In this document: positions 1-12,050 of the stretch, in pieces
Layout of the letters: the number at the start of each line of letters is the position of its first letter
Numbering within the stretch: position 1 is the first letter of the stretch
Source of the DNA: the human T2T-CHM13v2.0 reference genome, Homo sapiens
NCBI RefSeq assembly: GCF_009914755.1
Contig: NC_060937.1
DNA length: 64,000 bases
Reading direction: 5' to 3' (one strand)
Position numbers and translations under genes: made by a program
The notes under the pieces: model-generated
What the model saw: the letters and a program-made list of their open reading frames with translations, nothing else
Databases searched by the model: none
What the model was told of the DNA's origin: nothing

Positions 1-1440
1 CAATGTGCCTAGGTATGGTTGTCTTTTTATTTTGCATACTCCTGCTTGGAGTTTGATTAGATTCTTGGATATGAAAGTTATGTTTTTCATCAACTTAGGT
101 AAGTATCTGGTCATTATTTGGCATATCCAGCCAAAGAAAAAACCAAAAAGGTGATGCCCAATATCACTTCCTTCTCCTCTGGGCCTCCAATTCCATGTGT
201 GTTAGGCGGTTTAATATTATCCATAGGTCCCTGAGGCTCCACCCCTTTTCCTTCTAGCTTTCTCTCTGTTCTTCTTACTGGATGATATCTGCTGATGTCT
301 TCAAATTAACAACTCTTCCTCCTGATATTCCTTACCTGCTGTCAAGCCTATCTAGTGAATTTTTCATTGCAGTTATTATACTTTTAAGATTCTTAAGTTC
401 CATTTGGTTCTTTATCATTTACATTTTGTCGCTAAGATTCTCAATCTGTTCTCTTGTTAAGACTATATTTTCCTTCAATTCTTTGACCATGTTGTAAAAG
501 CTGCTTTAAGATCTTTGCCAAGTGCAACATCTGAGCCATCCCAGGACTGGTTTCTTTTGACTGCTTTTTCTCTTGACTATGAATCTCATTTTCCTGTTTC
601 TTAGTTGTCTGGTGATTTTTTTCCACTGATACTGACTTCGTGGATAAAATGCTGTAGAGACTCTGGATTTTGGTACCTTCCTTTTTCCGTTATTGACTCT
701 TATGACAGCAGGTAGTTCAATCACTGAATGATCTCTGTGAATGTGAGCATATCTCTGGAAGTCCAAAGTGCTTCCCAAGCCCCTCCAACTTTGCCAGACT
801 TACCTTTCAACCTCTATATCCTTTGTGTGTCTTTGCAGAGCTTGATATTAGGTTTTGTTAGGGCAGGACTAGAGTGGTCTTACACTAGCATTTGATCCCA
901 CCACCTGTGGCAGTCTATCTGGCATCTCATCTGGACACCACAGGTGTTAAAGTGGCATTAAGATCTCTCCGCCTTGACAGGACTGGAACTCTGGCAGCAC
1001 TCCACTGCTCAACCTCCCGTTTTTCTGCTTAACTCTCAATCCCCTGCCAGCTTCTATCGATAAGCCTTGGTTATTTCTGCCTTGTTCATGGGAAGCCCAG
1101 CCCTCAGCCACAGACCATCTTGTTACTTGGCTCTCTGCTCTCTACTCTTAGACCCTATGGATTCCAGCTGCTTCAGGTGCTTCAAACTTTGACCTCTGCT
1201 TTCCCAACTCAGAGGGACCACCATACTCTCCCTGGGTTCCAGCCCCCCCTGGCCATGGCCGGGAAATTGTTCACAGGCAGAGACCAGGGCAGGGGCTCAT
1301 TTCCAGAATTTTCCTTCATTCACAGGTCCTTAGGGAACACCTATTGCCCACCACTGGAAAACGGTTACCTCATATATTTTGTCAGGTTTTACAGTTGCTT
1401 ATTGCTGGGCACTACTTCAATACCAGTTTCTCCACCATAG
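1..1440 (-). mobile_element. Ancient L1 (L1M-type) 5' region/ORF1 remnant
   Basis: The minus-strand translation of 441-626 (KKQENEIHSQEKKQSKETSPGMAQMLHLAK) resembles the L1M ORF1p N-terminus. The + strand is T-rich, and 1340-1440 resembles the old L1M 5' end also seen at 46480-46590. Degenerate; boundaries approximate. Confidence 0.7.
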
Positions 1441-1467
1441 ACAGCCACCCATCATTGCTGATCTGCG

Positions 1468-1950
1468 TGCATCGAACAAGTATTTATTGAGCATATTCAA
1501 TGTGCTGGGCACTAGGCACAGTGTGGGCCAAATGTGATGAGCCCTGCCCTCATGGAGTAGACAGTCCATGCGAAAAAATAGACATGAAACAACCACAAAT
1601 CTAAGTCTGTAGTTAAATTATGATAGATATTGTGTGCTGAAAGTAGAGAGTGCAGTGAGAAAATAACACTGAGCACCCTAATGTAGATGGGGGGGGGAAG
1701 CCTCTTTAAACACGTGGCTTGGGAGATGAGTGGGCTGGATGAAAGGCTGAGGGGAGACTTTGAATATGTGAGTGCGCACAGGGGACCTGCACAAAGAGCA
1801 GATGGCAAGGAGGCCCCGCAGCAGGAGCGAACTGAGTGTCCTTGGGCTGGAAACAGAAGCTGAAGATGAGGTTGGAAAACCAGCAGACCTTGGAAGATCT
1901 CAGGTTATACCTGCGGTGAAATGGAATTCCACGGAGACATTTCCAGCAAC
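1468..1950 (-). mobile_element. L2 LINE 3' fragment
   Basis: aacaagtatttattgagca...tgtgctgggcact...ccctgccctcatggag is the reverse complement of the L2 3' end. Confidence 0.7.
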
Positions 1951-2849
1951 AAGATCAAGTTCAGAAATGTCTTCTTACAAGTAGGAGCCAAAATTCCAGC
2001 AGGTGCTGATACGGCTCTCATGGGTGAGCCTTCAGGAGAGAAGGAATAATACGCCTTTGAGAGAACACAGAGCCAGCTGAGGATCTTTGCCTGGGAAGAA
2101 TCAATGTATCCTAGGTCACTATTTGTTGAGGCAATAGAGTTTCAATAGTTAAATCTTTCTCTTTCAAATCTTCGGATGATAAAATCTTACCTAAAAAGTC
2201 ATTTTAAACCTACGAGTTAGTTCTTTGCACTCTAATATATTTCATTTTATGTAGCTAGGACCAACTGAGTGAAGAAGCTAGAATTAGGTGGATTGGGCTA
2301 GTATGCTAGAGGGTATTATAACAAACGTGAAGTTGACATTAGCAGAAAAGGACGGCCTACAGGGAAGGAGTTCTAGGTGCCAGGCACCACACTCATGCAA
2401 TTCCTAAAACTTTCTAGAATTGTTTTTTGATCCCTGACATAAACCTGCCAATTAACAAGTGTCTATTGCTATCAGGGTCTCCTTATGTTAACTTCTTCAA
2501 TGTATGCTTAAACATTTTAAAGTCATTCAACGCAAAGTTCCAAACACAGCACTTACAAACTCATATTCTAGGTCAGCCCTTCACATGGTCACCATATTGT
2601 TTATTTCCTGCTACTCAACTGAGGCAATTTTTGCCCAATATAGACAAATATTGATCAATCTGGTCAATTTTGCCCTTAGTCATCCAGTAATTAAAATTTT
2701 TTGGCAAAAGGGTATTAATACTCATATGCATGACATACTTTTCCAAAATATTGCAAAAGGAGCTATACTAAAGTTTTAAAGAGATTCTGATACAGTAAAA
2801 GCATGCATCTTTTCTGTGTAAGATACCAAAAAAGATGCATAGCTATCAC

Positions 2850-2888
2850 TGTGTGTGTGTGTGTGTGTGTGCATGCGTGCGTGCACAC
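2850..2888. repeat. (TG)n microsatellite with alternating purine/pyrimidine extension
   Basis: (GT)10 followed by gcatgcgtgcgtgcacac. Confidence 0.95.
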
Positions 2889-3539
2889 TGGAAGCAGCTA
2901 CATGCCCATAATCACGTGCATATATAACCTAGTTTCTCAATGTCACCTCATATATATTTTGCTCGGCTAAATTACTGAAAATAAAATGTATAGCATGATA
3001 TATTACAAGCATATATTGTGTACAGTTTGTATATAAAAAAGAAAGAATGATTAAAAGTCGATGAGAGACTGTTTATAAATCTTGATTGCTTCATAATTTT
3101 AACTTTGAGCAACATTTTTATCATAATTATAGGCTTTCTTAAAGCATTTATGCAGATTGTTGTTACTCAAAAGGGGGTTTATTCCATTTTGGTATAAACT
3201 ACACTTTTTTTTTCTTTATGAAATCACTCTTTGAGTTCCTAATACCCAGTACTCTGCCAGAGCTGCAAAATGTAAATAGCAGGAAGCACGTGTCTTAACA
3301 GGACTATCACTGGGCTCCCTCTCATCTTGTGCCTTATTGCCCCATTGACATGGGAAAGAATAAAACTTGTCTATAATAATAAGCATTTGACATGTTTAGA
3401 AGCTTCTGGATTCCTCTCAGAACACTAATGTTCCTGGGAGGCTAATACATTTTTGTACCCACCTCACAGATCAAAAAATTAGACCCTGGGGGTCTAAACC
3501 ATGATGAAATATTCCATTATTTAATTTTAGAACCATGAA

Positions 3540-3700
3540 GCATTAGATTTGAAAGGTGGATTCAGAACCCATTGAGTTTGGCTGCCTTATATTCCAGCTT
3601 GGAAAACTGAGGTCCTGGAAGAACAAAGCACCTGCCCAGGGTCATGCCCAGACATTTGCCTACATCAAGCTCAAAAAGCACCAGTGTAGTGAAATGTAGA
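3540..3700 (-). mobile_element. MIR SINE fragment
   Basis: ggaaaactgagg...cctgcccagggtca is the reverse complement of the MIR core. Confidence 0.55.
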
Positions 3701-3974
3701 CTGACTTATTCAGAGGCTTTAGCATCATGCAGAATCAAAGCCAGGAGAAAAAAAAAAAAAAAAAAAAAACTACATCAACTTTTTCTACCAAGGAATCTTT
3801 ATTGTAGCTCCATGATCACAGACCCAACAGGAAAGAAGGGAAAAAACTCCTCATCAGAAATAAAAATAAAAACAAAAAGCAAAAAAAGCTTTAAGAAGTG
3901 CGTGACAGATGGAAAGAAAGAGCATCAGAGAAAGGCGGAGAGGGGCCAGCCCAGAAAAATAACCAGCCAAATAC

Positions 3975-4147
3975 CACCAGTGAGGCTTTGCCCCACATTC
4001 TGTGAGGACAAAGACGGCACCTACTTTTCATCACCTTTACATCCCCAGGCCCAGTACAGTGCCTGGCACATAGGAGGAGACTGGGAAATGTTTCTGAAAT
4101 GAATGAATGAATGAAGGGAGGAATGAATGAATGAAGAAATGAATGAA
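3975..4147 (+). mobile_element. L2 3' end with (GAAT)n tail
   Basis: cagtgcctggcacatagga...gaatgaatgaatgaa is a typical L2 terminus. Confidence 0.8.
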
Positions 4148-4654
4148 GGTCCAAAATTTAAAAAACTCCCCAAGCAAGTAAGAGGTAAGACCTCCAAATC
4201 CTGTAGTTGATGAAATAGGAAATGTGTATTCCAATTGCACTTTAATTCTGGTCCATAAATAAGCCTTTATGAGCAAAAGCAATAAGACTTTTAGATATGC
4301 CCACTGTTCCCACAAAGGGCAGTTGGGTTACATGTGACAGAACATGACAGAGTGTCGAATTTTAGTTAGTGACTGGAGATGTTTAAGGACTTCTGAGAAA
4401 GAAGCACTAGGAAGAGAACATTGAAATGTCAACGTAGATCAGGGTCTAAGGTACTGCAGACAAAGACCTCTGGCTAGGAGGCGATGCTGGATACACAGCA
4501 CACACCACACTGGACACACCTTTGGGGTTTTCCCTAAGAAAGTAAGGTGTTTCTTGGCCTGACCTCACTCTCTCCATCACCCCTTGAGCCAGGGAATCCA
4601 TGTGAGTGGGTCTGCCAAGAAGACCAAGTGAAAAAAATGAGAGTCTTCCAGTGA

Positions 4655-4830
4655 TGTTTTGAGTGCCAGGTCCAGGTGCTTTTACATTCATGACATCGTT
4701 CAGTTGTCACAATAATCCTACCATGTAGGATTTAATATCTCCACTTTATGGATTAGAAAATTGAGGATTAGAGAAGTCACCAACCAGTGCTCCAGGCAAC
4801 TGCAGGTCACGAAGCTGTGACTTGCCTCCA
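4655..4830 (-). mobile_element. MIR SINE fragment
   Basis: tcacaataatcct...ctccactttatggattagaaaattgagg matches the reverse-complement MIR core. Confidence 0.65.
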
Positions 4831-6949
4831 AAGACTGCTGACTAAAGGCTGGAAAGTCTGGCTTAACCTACTCGTGTGCATATCACCTATGAATTAGCAT
4901 AGTCAATAAATACTAGAAATGTTACAGTTGTTTTAACTTTTCAAATGAAATTTGTTTTTATTGTGAATTAATGACTGAGAAGGCCCTTTCTTCCTATATA
5001 ACATGGGTTATTTTTATTTTTATAGCATCTAATATTATTACAATATTATACACACACGTATCAGCAGACTCTTCCTCTTTTGAATGACAATTACTCAAAC
5101 TCACCCCATTGACAATATCTAACTCTTCGGTGAAGTCTTTCAATAATTGCAGCTGTGCTTCTATATTCAAGGACTGGAATAAAGTGAAATATTGACCCTG
5201 GTCAGCTCCGATTCAGAGAAGATTTTGATATACCAATTGTATTCCTATTCAACAATTTGTACATTCCATTCTAATTGCATCTGGCTTACTACAGAGGTTG
5301 AGTGTTGAGAAAAAAGAATGGGGCAGGAGAACATGAGAGGGAAGCTTGTGTTCAGTTAAACATAAGTACAGAAATTCAACAAACCTGTGAAATTCATTAT
5401 TTTATGGCTCATCAGTTGGTTCAGCTTAAGTCCTTGGATAAACTGCATAGAAAAATATTACCGCTTTAGTGAAATTACTGCTTCTAATAAAGAATGGGTA
5501 AGCAGAATCTCAAGTTATATAATTTTTTTTGATGAAGTCAATTCCAACAACGTGAAAGCCACTGCCCTGGGTGATGATAAGCAAATGATGCCTGAATGTG
5601 AAGGTCATACTCGGCTTTAGCTGATTTCAAACAAATAAACAAAAACAAAAAACAAAAACCCTCCACCACAAATGATGATTTCGGAAAGTTATCTCACCCC
5701 TGGAATCACCTGTGATGAGAGCATGATCCTTCTAGCTGCATCCTCTTCATCCTTCAAGCTCCCGCACCATGAGGCCCGACCCTCCCGGGGTTGCACAGCT
5801 GCACCCCACAATTCCACACTGAAATCTCGGGGTCCCTCCGCCACATCCGCACAGCACATCTGCCCTGAGCAATTGTTCCCTGCCCCTCCCTCAAAAGACC
5901 TAGGCCCAGTTCCACCTCACAGCTGAAATAAGACATCCAGTGCACTGCACGAGCCCGGGCAGGGATGCTTGCTGGAGTTGACATCTGTTCCAGTCAACCC
6001 CCACCTTCCTGAACGGCACATGCACCTCGGTAGGAGACGAAGCAAAATTCTGTGGTTAGATACTTTTACGTGGGAAAATAGTGAACTTTAGCCGGAAGGT
6101 GAAAATACATTCTTTTCTGTACATTTAGAATTAATGAATCCTATAGACCTGTGGAAACTGCTTTTAAACATCTGATTTTCCATTAAGATATAATTAAAAT
6201 TAATGGCACAGAGAAGCTTTAGTTCTCTGGAGCCCCCCCCCCCCCGGCAGGAGAATATTTGTTCTGTATATTTTTAAGAGGGTTTGGGGGGCATTAAATT
6301 ATGCTTTGATTGTATTCCATCAATGAGAATATAAGACACACACATTATTATAAGAAACAAATAAGCACTTATTAACTGTGTGTGCATTCATGGGACACAG
6401 AAATGGTCTCAGGCTGAGCTTATAGTGAAGCAAATTAAAATTAGTGTTTTGACTTTTGTTCATTATAAAGTAAATACTAGCCTAAAGATTCCTAATCAGT
6501 TGCCAAATACCTATCATGAAGGAATATGCATTGCCGAATGAAATCGCTGTCCTCAAGAGAAAGCTCTGAGAATTCTTTTAATCTACATAAGGACAAATTT
6601 GCCTTTCATCACATTTTGTAGTAAAATCCAAAGCTTCGTTTTGGCCTTCCAGCCACAAGTTTAAGTTCCCAAAATGAAGAGTTGGTATGATGGTTATTCA
6701 AAGAAAAGGAGAAGTGTGAGTTAAGCACGAAGTCAAATGCAATCCACGTTGTAAAAATCGGAAAACCAGTGATCTGCTGTGATGTGGGATCAGTCATGGG
6801 ATGCCTCCTGTTCCCATGTGCGGTTGGTGTCGGAGTTAGACATCATCAAGAGGTGAAAATTTGGGAAGACATTTCAAGGATGACGGAAGCTCTGAGTGAG
6901 TGAACAGATATTCTTCGTGCAGAATAATCCCCCGTGGCACTGGTTTGCC

Positions 6950-7880
6950 GGCAGAGCAGAATGTTTGAGACCTCACCCCGCAGCCACGCGCGGGCGTAAA
7001 TCGTTCTCAGCACGAGAAACACAAAGGCCGCAGGATCCCGCGAGCCGCAGGGGGTTGGGGTCATTTTTTTGACGCCGCCGCCCTTAAGAGTTCCAGTCCT
7101 TCAGGCGAAAGGGGCAGATCAGGCCTTCGGGGAGGACCCTTGCCTGGGAGAGGGAGGGCAGTGCCCCAGGGGCCGCCTCCGGTGCCTAAACAAAGAAGAC
7201 GGTCTTCTGAGCGTCCGCCCTCCCCGCCTCGCCGCGCAAGGACCCCGCGCTCCTGGGCCACTTCCTCTTGCAAACCACGAGGAAAAGCCAGTTTCCACCC
7301 AGACGGCCGGCTGTGGGCAAAGGGAATAAAGCGCCGGTGCCGCCACGCTCTGCACTTGGCTCTGGGCCTGGCGGGGGTCTGGCGCGGCCGCAGACACCTG
7401 GGTGACCTGGGCCGTGGTTGCCGGCTCTGCTCGGACAGAGAGTCTTTTTATTTGTCGCCTCCGCCTTCTCACCACTGAGGCCGCAGGACAGCCTCGCTGC
7501 CCGGGGCCGAGTTCGGTGGACAAGGGGGCAGCGCCCACAGCAAGCCGGAAAGAGGGAGGCGCGGGGCCGCGCTTGGGGCCTGCCGCTGCACGCCAGCCTG
7601 GGCAAAGAGCTGCCACCTTCTGCGGGCGAAGCGGGTCGGGACGCAGGACGGCAGCGGGGCTGGAGGCAGCTACGTGGGTCCACACCCCCATGCCCTGCAA
7701 GGCTCCTTGGCCCTGCTTCTCCTCTGTCTCGGCGGGAGAGGAGCAGCCTCGGTTTTACAGAATTTCAGGGTCGCGTCTCCAGCGCCCCGGGCGAGGCCAC
7801 TACGTTTAGGAGCGCTCGCCTTCGCTGCGCTGTGTACCGTGTACACACTGGCTCCGTGCGCGAGACCCCGATGTGGGTTA
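6950..7880. promoter_or_regulatory. CpG island (upstream cluster 1)
   Basis: High GC and dense CpG against an AT-rich background; limits by eye. Confidence 0.8.
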
Positions 7881-9049
7881 AAACTCCACTTCACAACCCC
7901 CATTGATACGGGTTTGACATCTGTTTGCCAGAGTGTTTTGCACTTAGCCTAACACCCGCTATTAAGTGACAAAATTGTGGCAGCCTGTCAAAGCCAGCTG
8001 ACTGGCAGCTGCTCCGCTTACAAAAACCATTCAAATATTTGCAGGTTTTGAAGGTTTATGCAGTGTTGTACCCAATCTTTCAGCGACTTAACATGTAAAA
8101 TATAAGTCAAAGTTTTAAATCTGGATTCCAAAATGTTTCCATTTTCCATACAAAAGGAAAAAGCTTTCAAGGAGCCTGCTGGAATGGGTCCAATTCCAAC
8201 GTGTCTCCGCGTTTCCCGCCACGAAATTCCTGCACAAACCCGGTTTTTTAAAGATGTCAAGGACCAACTTCCTCTTGTTACCAGCATCTTGGAGGACTGA
8301 ACTAAATTGCCTTAAACTCCAAGGGAATACAGTTTCTCAAAAGTAAATTTTTTAAAAATCCCCAAGTAAAGAAACGTACCTGCTTAATTTTGCTTTTGAC
8401 ACTTAGACCAACGTGCCTTTGGGGGAAAGCGAGGCTGCTAGGAAGAGTGTTCCTAGTCAACATCTGAGCTCTGGCGGCTTCCAAAACACTCACTCCTCCA
8501 CTCGCACTTCTAAATAGCTTAGTCCGATTAAGAAATAATTTGCAAATGACATAGTGTTTCTCTAGATTAAGATCCATCGAGTGAAGTCATGTGGGGTTTT
8601 TGTCTCCGAGATTAGAGCCAGACAGACAAGGATCTCCTGCAAACTGCAGCTGCCGACAATGGAAAAAAAATTACCCTGCGTTTGTCCGGGGGAGATGTGT
8701 GCGTGGGTCCGCGCGCCCCGCACCGACACTGAGGGCTGGCACGCCCTTACTGTCTTTCGATTGTGCTGGACTTGTGCGTCCTTTTTTTTTTTTTTATGTT
8801 GGTAAACATATTGCCTTGGGTGTGAGGGGGTCACAAATCCTCTGGGCAAACGTGGGGTCGTCATTTTCAAAAAAGCAGTGAGTTTGCTTGTGATACATTT
8901 GCAGGGAGTCTCAAGGGTGGTGGTCTTAAGTCCGAAGTGCTGACAGCCTCACTCAACTGTGGGGAGGAGGCAGAGAGGGAGGGTGGAGACAGAGACCCAG
9001 ACCCCGAGAAACAAGTGTGGCTCCAGCCCAGGAGCCTCACAGAACACAT

Positions 9050-12000
9050 TTCCTCCTCCGCCTTCGGCTCTGCGTGGGCTAGCCCCGCGCTAGGGAGGGC
9101 AGGCAACTAGGTCCTCCGAGGTGAGGCTGGGGCTCCGCCTGCAGAGGGAGTGACAGCGCGCCGCGAGGGTCCGCGACCCAGGCAGGGGTGGCCGCACCAC
9201 CCCGGAGCGCCGCACAGCCCCGCAGGCCTCCCCTCCCGCAGTGCGTGCCTGGAACGCGGGGCCGCCTGGCCGAGGGACGTTTACCTGGAGAGCTTTGTGT
9301 CCACAACACTAATCCTTAGACACTGCTTCGTTCAGCAGCTGCCGTCAGTCGTGAGGGCACTAGTGTGGGGATGGGGGCGAATTCAGGAGCCCGTCGCAGA
9401 GCAATATTTAAAAAGGGGGGGGGGAGCCGGAGCTGCTCCCAGGGGAGGCCTCGCGCGGCGGCGCCCACGGCCACGGTGTCCCCGCTGCGAGCCAACAAAG
9501 CTGAGGCGCTGTCCGCGGGAGGAGAGAGCCCAGCGCGGGGACCGGCGCGGGTGGGAGTGGGGGCGCGGCGCGGAAAACCCCAGGGAAGGACCGGGTGGAC
9601 ACGGGACGGGAGGGGGGTGACATCCTCCCACCCGGGGGTTAGAAAAGGTCCGGGTGGTAGTTCCAGGCGAAAATAGGCAGCCCTCTGTGATGACAGAATT
9701 GACAACTATTTTTTGGGGGGGCGGGGGTTGGACTTCCGAGTCCCTCGGGACGGAGGCGCAGGGGAGCAGGAGGGGTGCCCCGTCCCTGCAGTTGCCTCGG
9801 CCCGAATCCCGCAGGCCAGGCCGGAACGCGGGGGCGGGGGCGCGGGAGGGGGACCCGCGGCGGGAGGCGAGAGCGAGCGAATGGGGAGAGGAGCGGGGAG
9901 CAGGAGGGGACGCAGGGGAGAGGGGACTGGGGAGCGGCGAGAGGAGGACGGGAGACGCGGCTCCACCTCCCAGCTCAAAACGGCGTCCCAGCTGCTCGCA
10001 AACCAACTGCTCGATTCTATTCACTGTCGAGTAGGAACAAAAAAGTGGCTATTTATTAGAATACTTGTTTGGTATTGTTCCGCGCCACACAAAAGGCGTT
10101 TCATTATGTGGAGGGATCTCCTTTTTCCAGAGAGAAACAATAACTTGAAATTGTCTTTAAAGTCTTTTCTATCAATAATAAATTTCATTTTCTTGTCTCT
10201 CTCGCCTGCAGTGTGTGTGCGCGCGCGCGAGGCGAGGAGAGAGGCGCGTGTGCGAGTGAGTGTGCTAGCGGGGGTGCGCGTGTGAGTGTGCGCGTGTGTG
10301 TGCGTGCGCGTGGCACCGGCGCCCGCGGCTACGGGGCTGGCGCTGCCGGAGCCGGGCCGGACCGGGGTCCGAGATCTGCGTCGCGCTGGGCACGCTGGCC
10401 ACCCGGTCCGGAATGAGTCGGGGCTCCGGGAGGTGCCCGTGGGCAGAGCGTTAGGGGCGCGGCCGTGCCGGACCCGCCCTGGGGACCCGCTGGAGCTGGA
10501 GGAGGAACTAACTGTAAGTGTGTCTCGAACTTGCGCGGGGGCTTCAGCCCGCCCGGGGCTGCGGAGCTGGCCGGTAAAGGCTCTCGGGAGAGGGGCGCGG
10601 TGTCTCCACGGTGACTTTCCGTGAAGGAGGATGGGGTGTCTCCGCAGCTTTGGGGCCCCAGGAAAGAACAGGTGGGTAGATGTGGTGGCCACGGCTAGCG
10701 GACTCGCCGCGGGGCACATTTGTCATTTTCTTATCTGTGCGTTCACTCCTCCCCCATCCTCGGCTTTTGGGATTGGCCGCCGCCCAACGGACCCAGACTG
10801 TTTCTCTCTGGGTCGCCATTTTTGGGGAGGGGGGAGGGAGGTCGAGTCTGTGGATTTGGGGGAGAGGTTCTTGTCCGCCACAGCTCCGCGCCCCCTCCCC
10901 GCCCCTCGCGGCTCCCCCACCCTCGCGTTCGGCAGCGCCAGGCTGCGCTCTCCCCGGTGCACACCCGGCCGCGCCGAGAACTAAATCCGCGGGCTGAAAT
11001 TACGTTTTAAAAATTAACATGTTGAAGCGTGTGCCATTTAGTGAGAGGTGTTTTGGGCAAAGAATCAATTTAACTGTGACTGACCGACGGGCTTGACTGT
11101 ATTAATTCTGCTACCGAAAAAAAAAAAAAAAAAAAAGCAATGAGCCGCAAGCCTTGGACTCGCAGAGCTGCCGGTGCCCGTCCGAGAGCCCCACCAGCGC
11201 GGCTCACGCCTCAGTCTCGCCGCCCCAAGGTGGGATCCGACGCCCAAAGGAGGGCGCCCCAAGGTGGGATCCGAGCGGGCCGCCCTAGGAGGAGTGAACC
11301 CCGCCCGGGCGCACAGCTCCGTGCGCCTGTCCTCCCTCCTCCAGCGAAATCACACCCGCTTTGCCTCCTCTTGCAGCACCGCGCGTGCCTAGGTTCTCGG
11401 TCTGCGCAGCTGGGAGTCTCCCCCACCAGCGCCGCGGAGCCGCCCGCTTCCGCTCCCTCTTTCCGCGGGTTTGAGCCTCCCGTGGAGAGGAAAGGTCACG
11501 AAGTTTCAAAGGTGAAATGGATTTTCGGCGGTGGCTGGTGCGGGAGTCAATGGGCAGGGCGGGGCAAGCCTGGCAGTCATCGACCCGAGCAGGGACCCGG
11601 CTGGCCGCCTCCCCTTGCAGGAAACAGGTGTTTGAACGCGATAGCGGCCGCCAGTCAACTAAGGCATTAAAAGCTCGCTTTATAACATCGATTTCCTGGA
11701 GTGCGGTGGGGCCTGCGTTCTGGAAGCTCGTTTGTGAAAGGCGGGGTTGGGGGAATTGCCCTGATGGTACCCCAGTTGGCGCAGAAGATCCCCAAAAGTC
11801 CCTGTCACCGCAGCGGCGGACAGCGGGGCTGCCCAGGCGGCTGGGAGGGCAGCTTTTCCCTCCCGCTGGGGTGGAAAGAGGAGTCCTGCTCCGTTCCCCA
11901 CCCAGGACAATGGTCTTGTTACCCCGGCCTCCTCCCCTGCACCTAGGGCCTGGCATGCAGAGAGCGCCCGCAGCAGAGGGGGAAGTCTCCAACAACTGGC

Positions 12001-12050
12001 AGGTGTCCCCCGAGGAGCTCCGCTTGATTTGGAAGGGTGGTTAAACCGGG
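9050..12050. promoter_or_regulatory. CpG island (upstream cluster 2), possible lncRNA promoter
   Basis: Very dense CpG, G-runs and GC boxes; alternating (TG/CG) tracts at ~10210-10312; consensus-like splice donor CT|GTAAGT at 10514. Confidence 0.85.

Noticed and set aside
11254-11268. CTCF site (GCGCCCCAAGGTGG)
   Set aside because: Differs from the CTCF core at the two central informative bases; not supportable without ChIP data.
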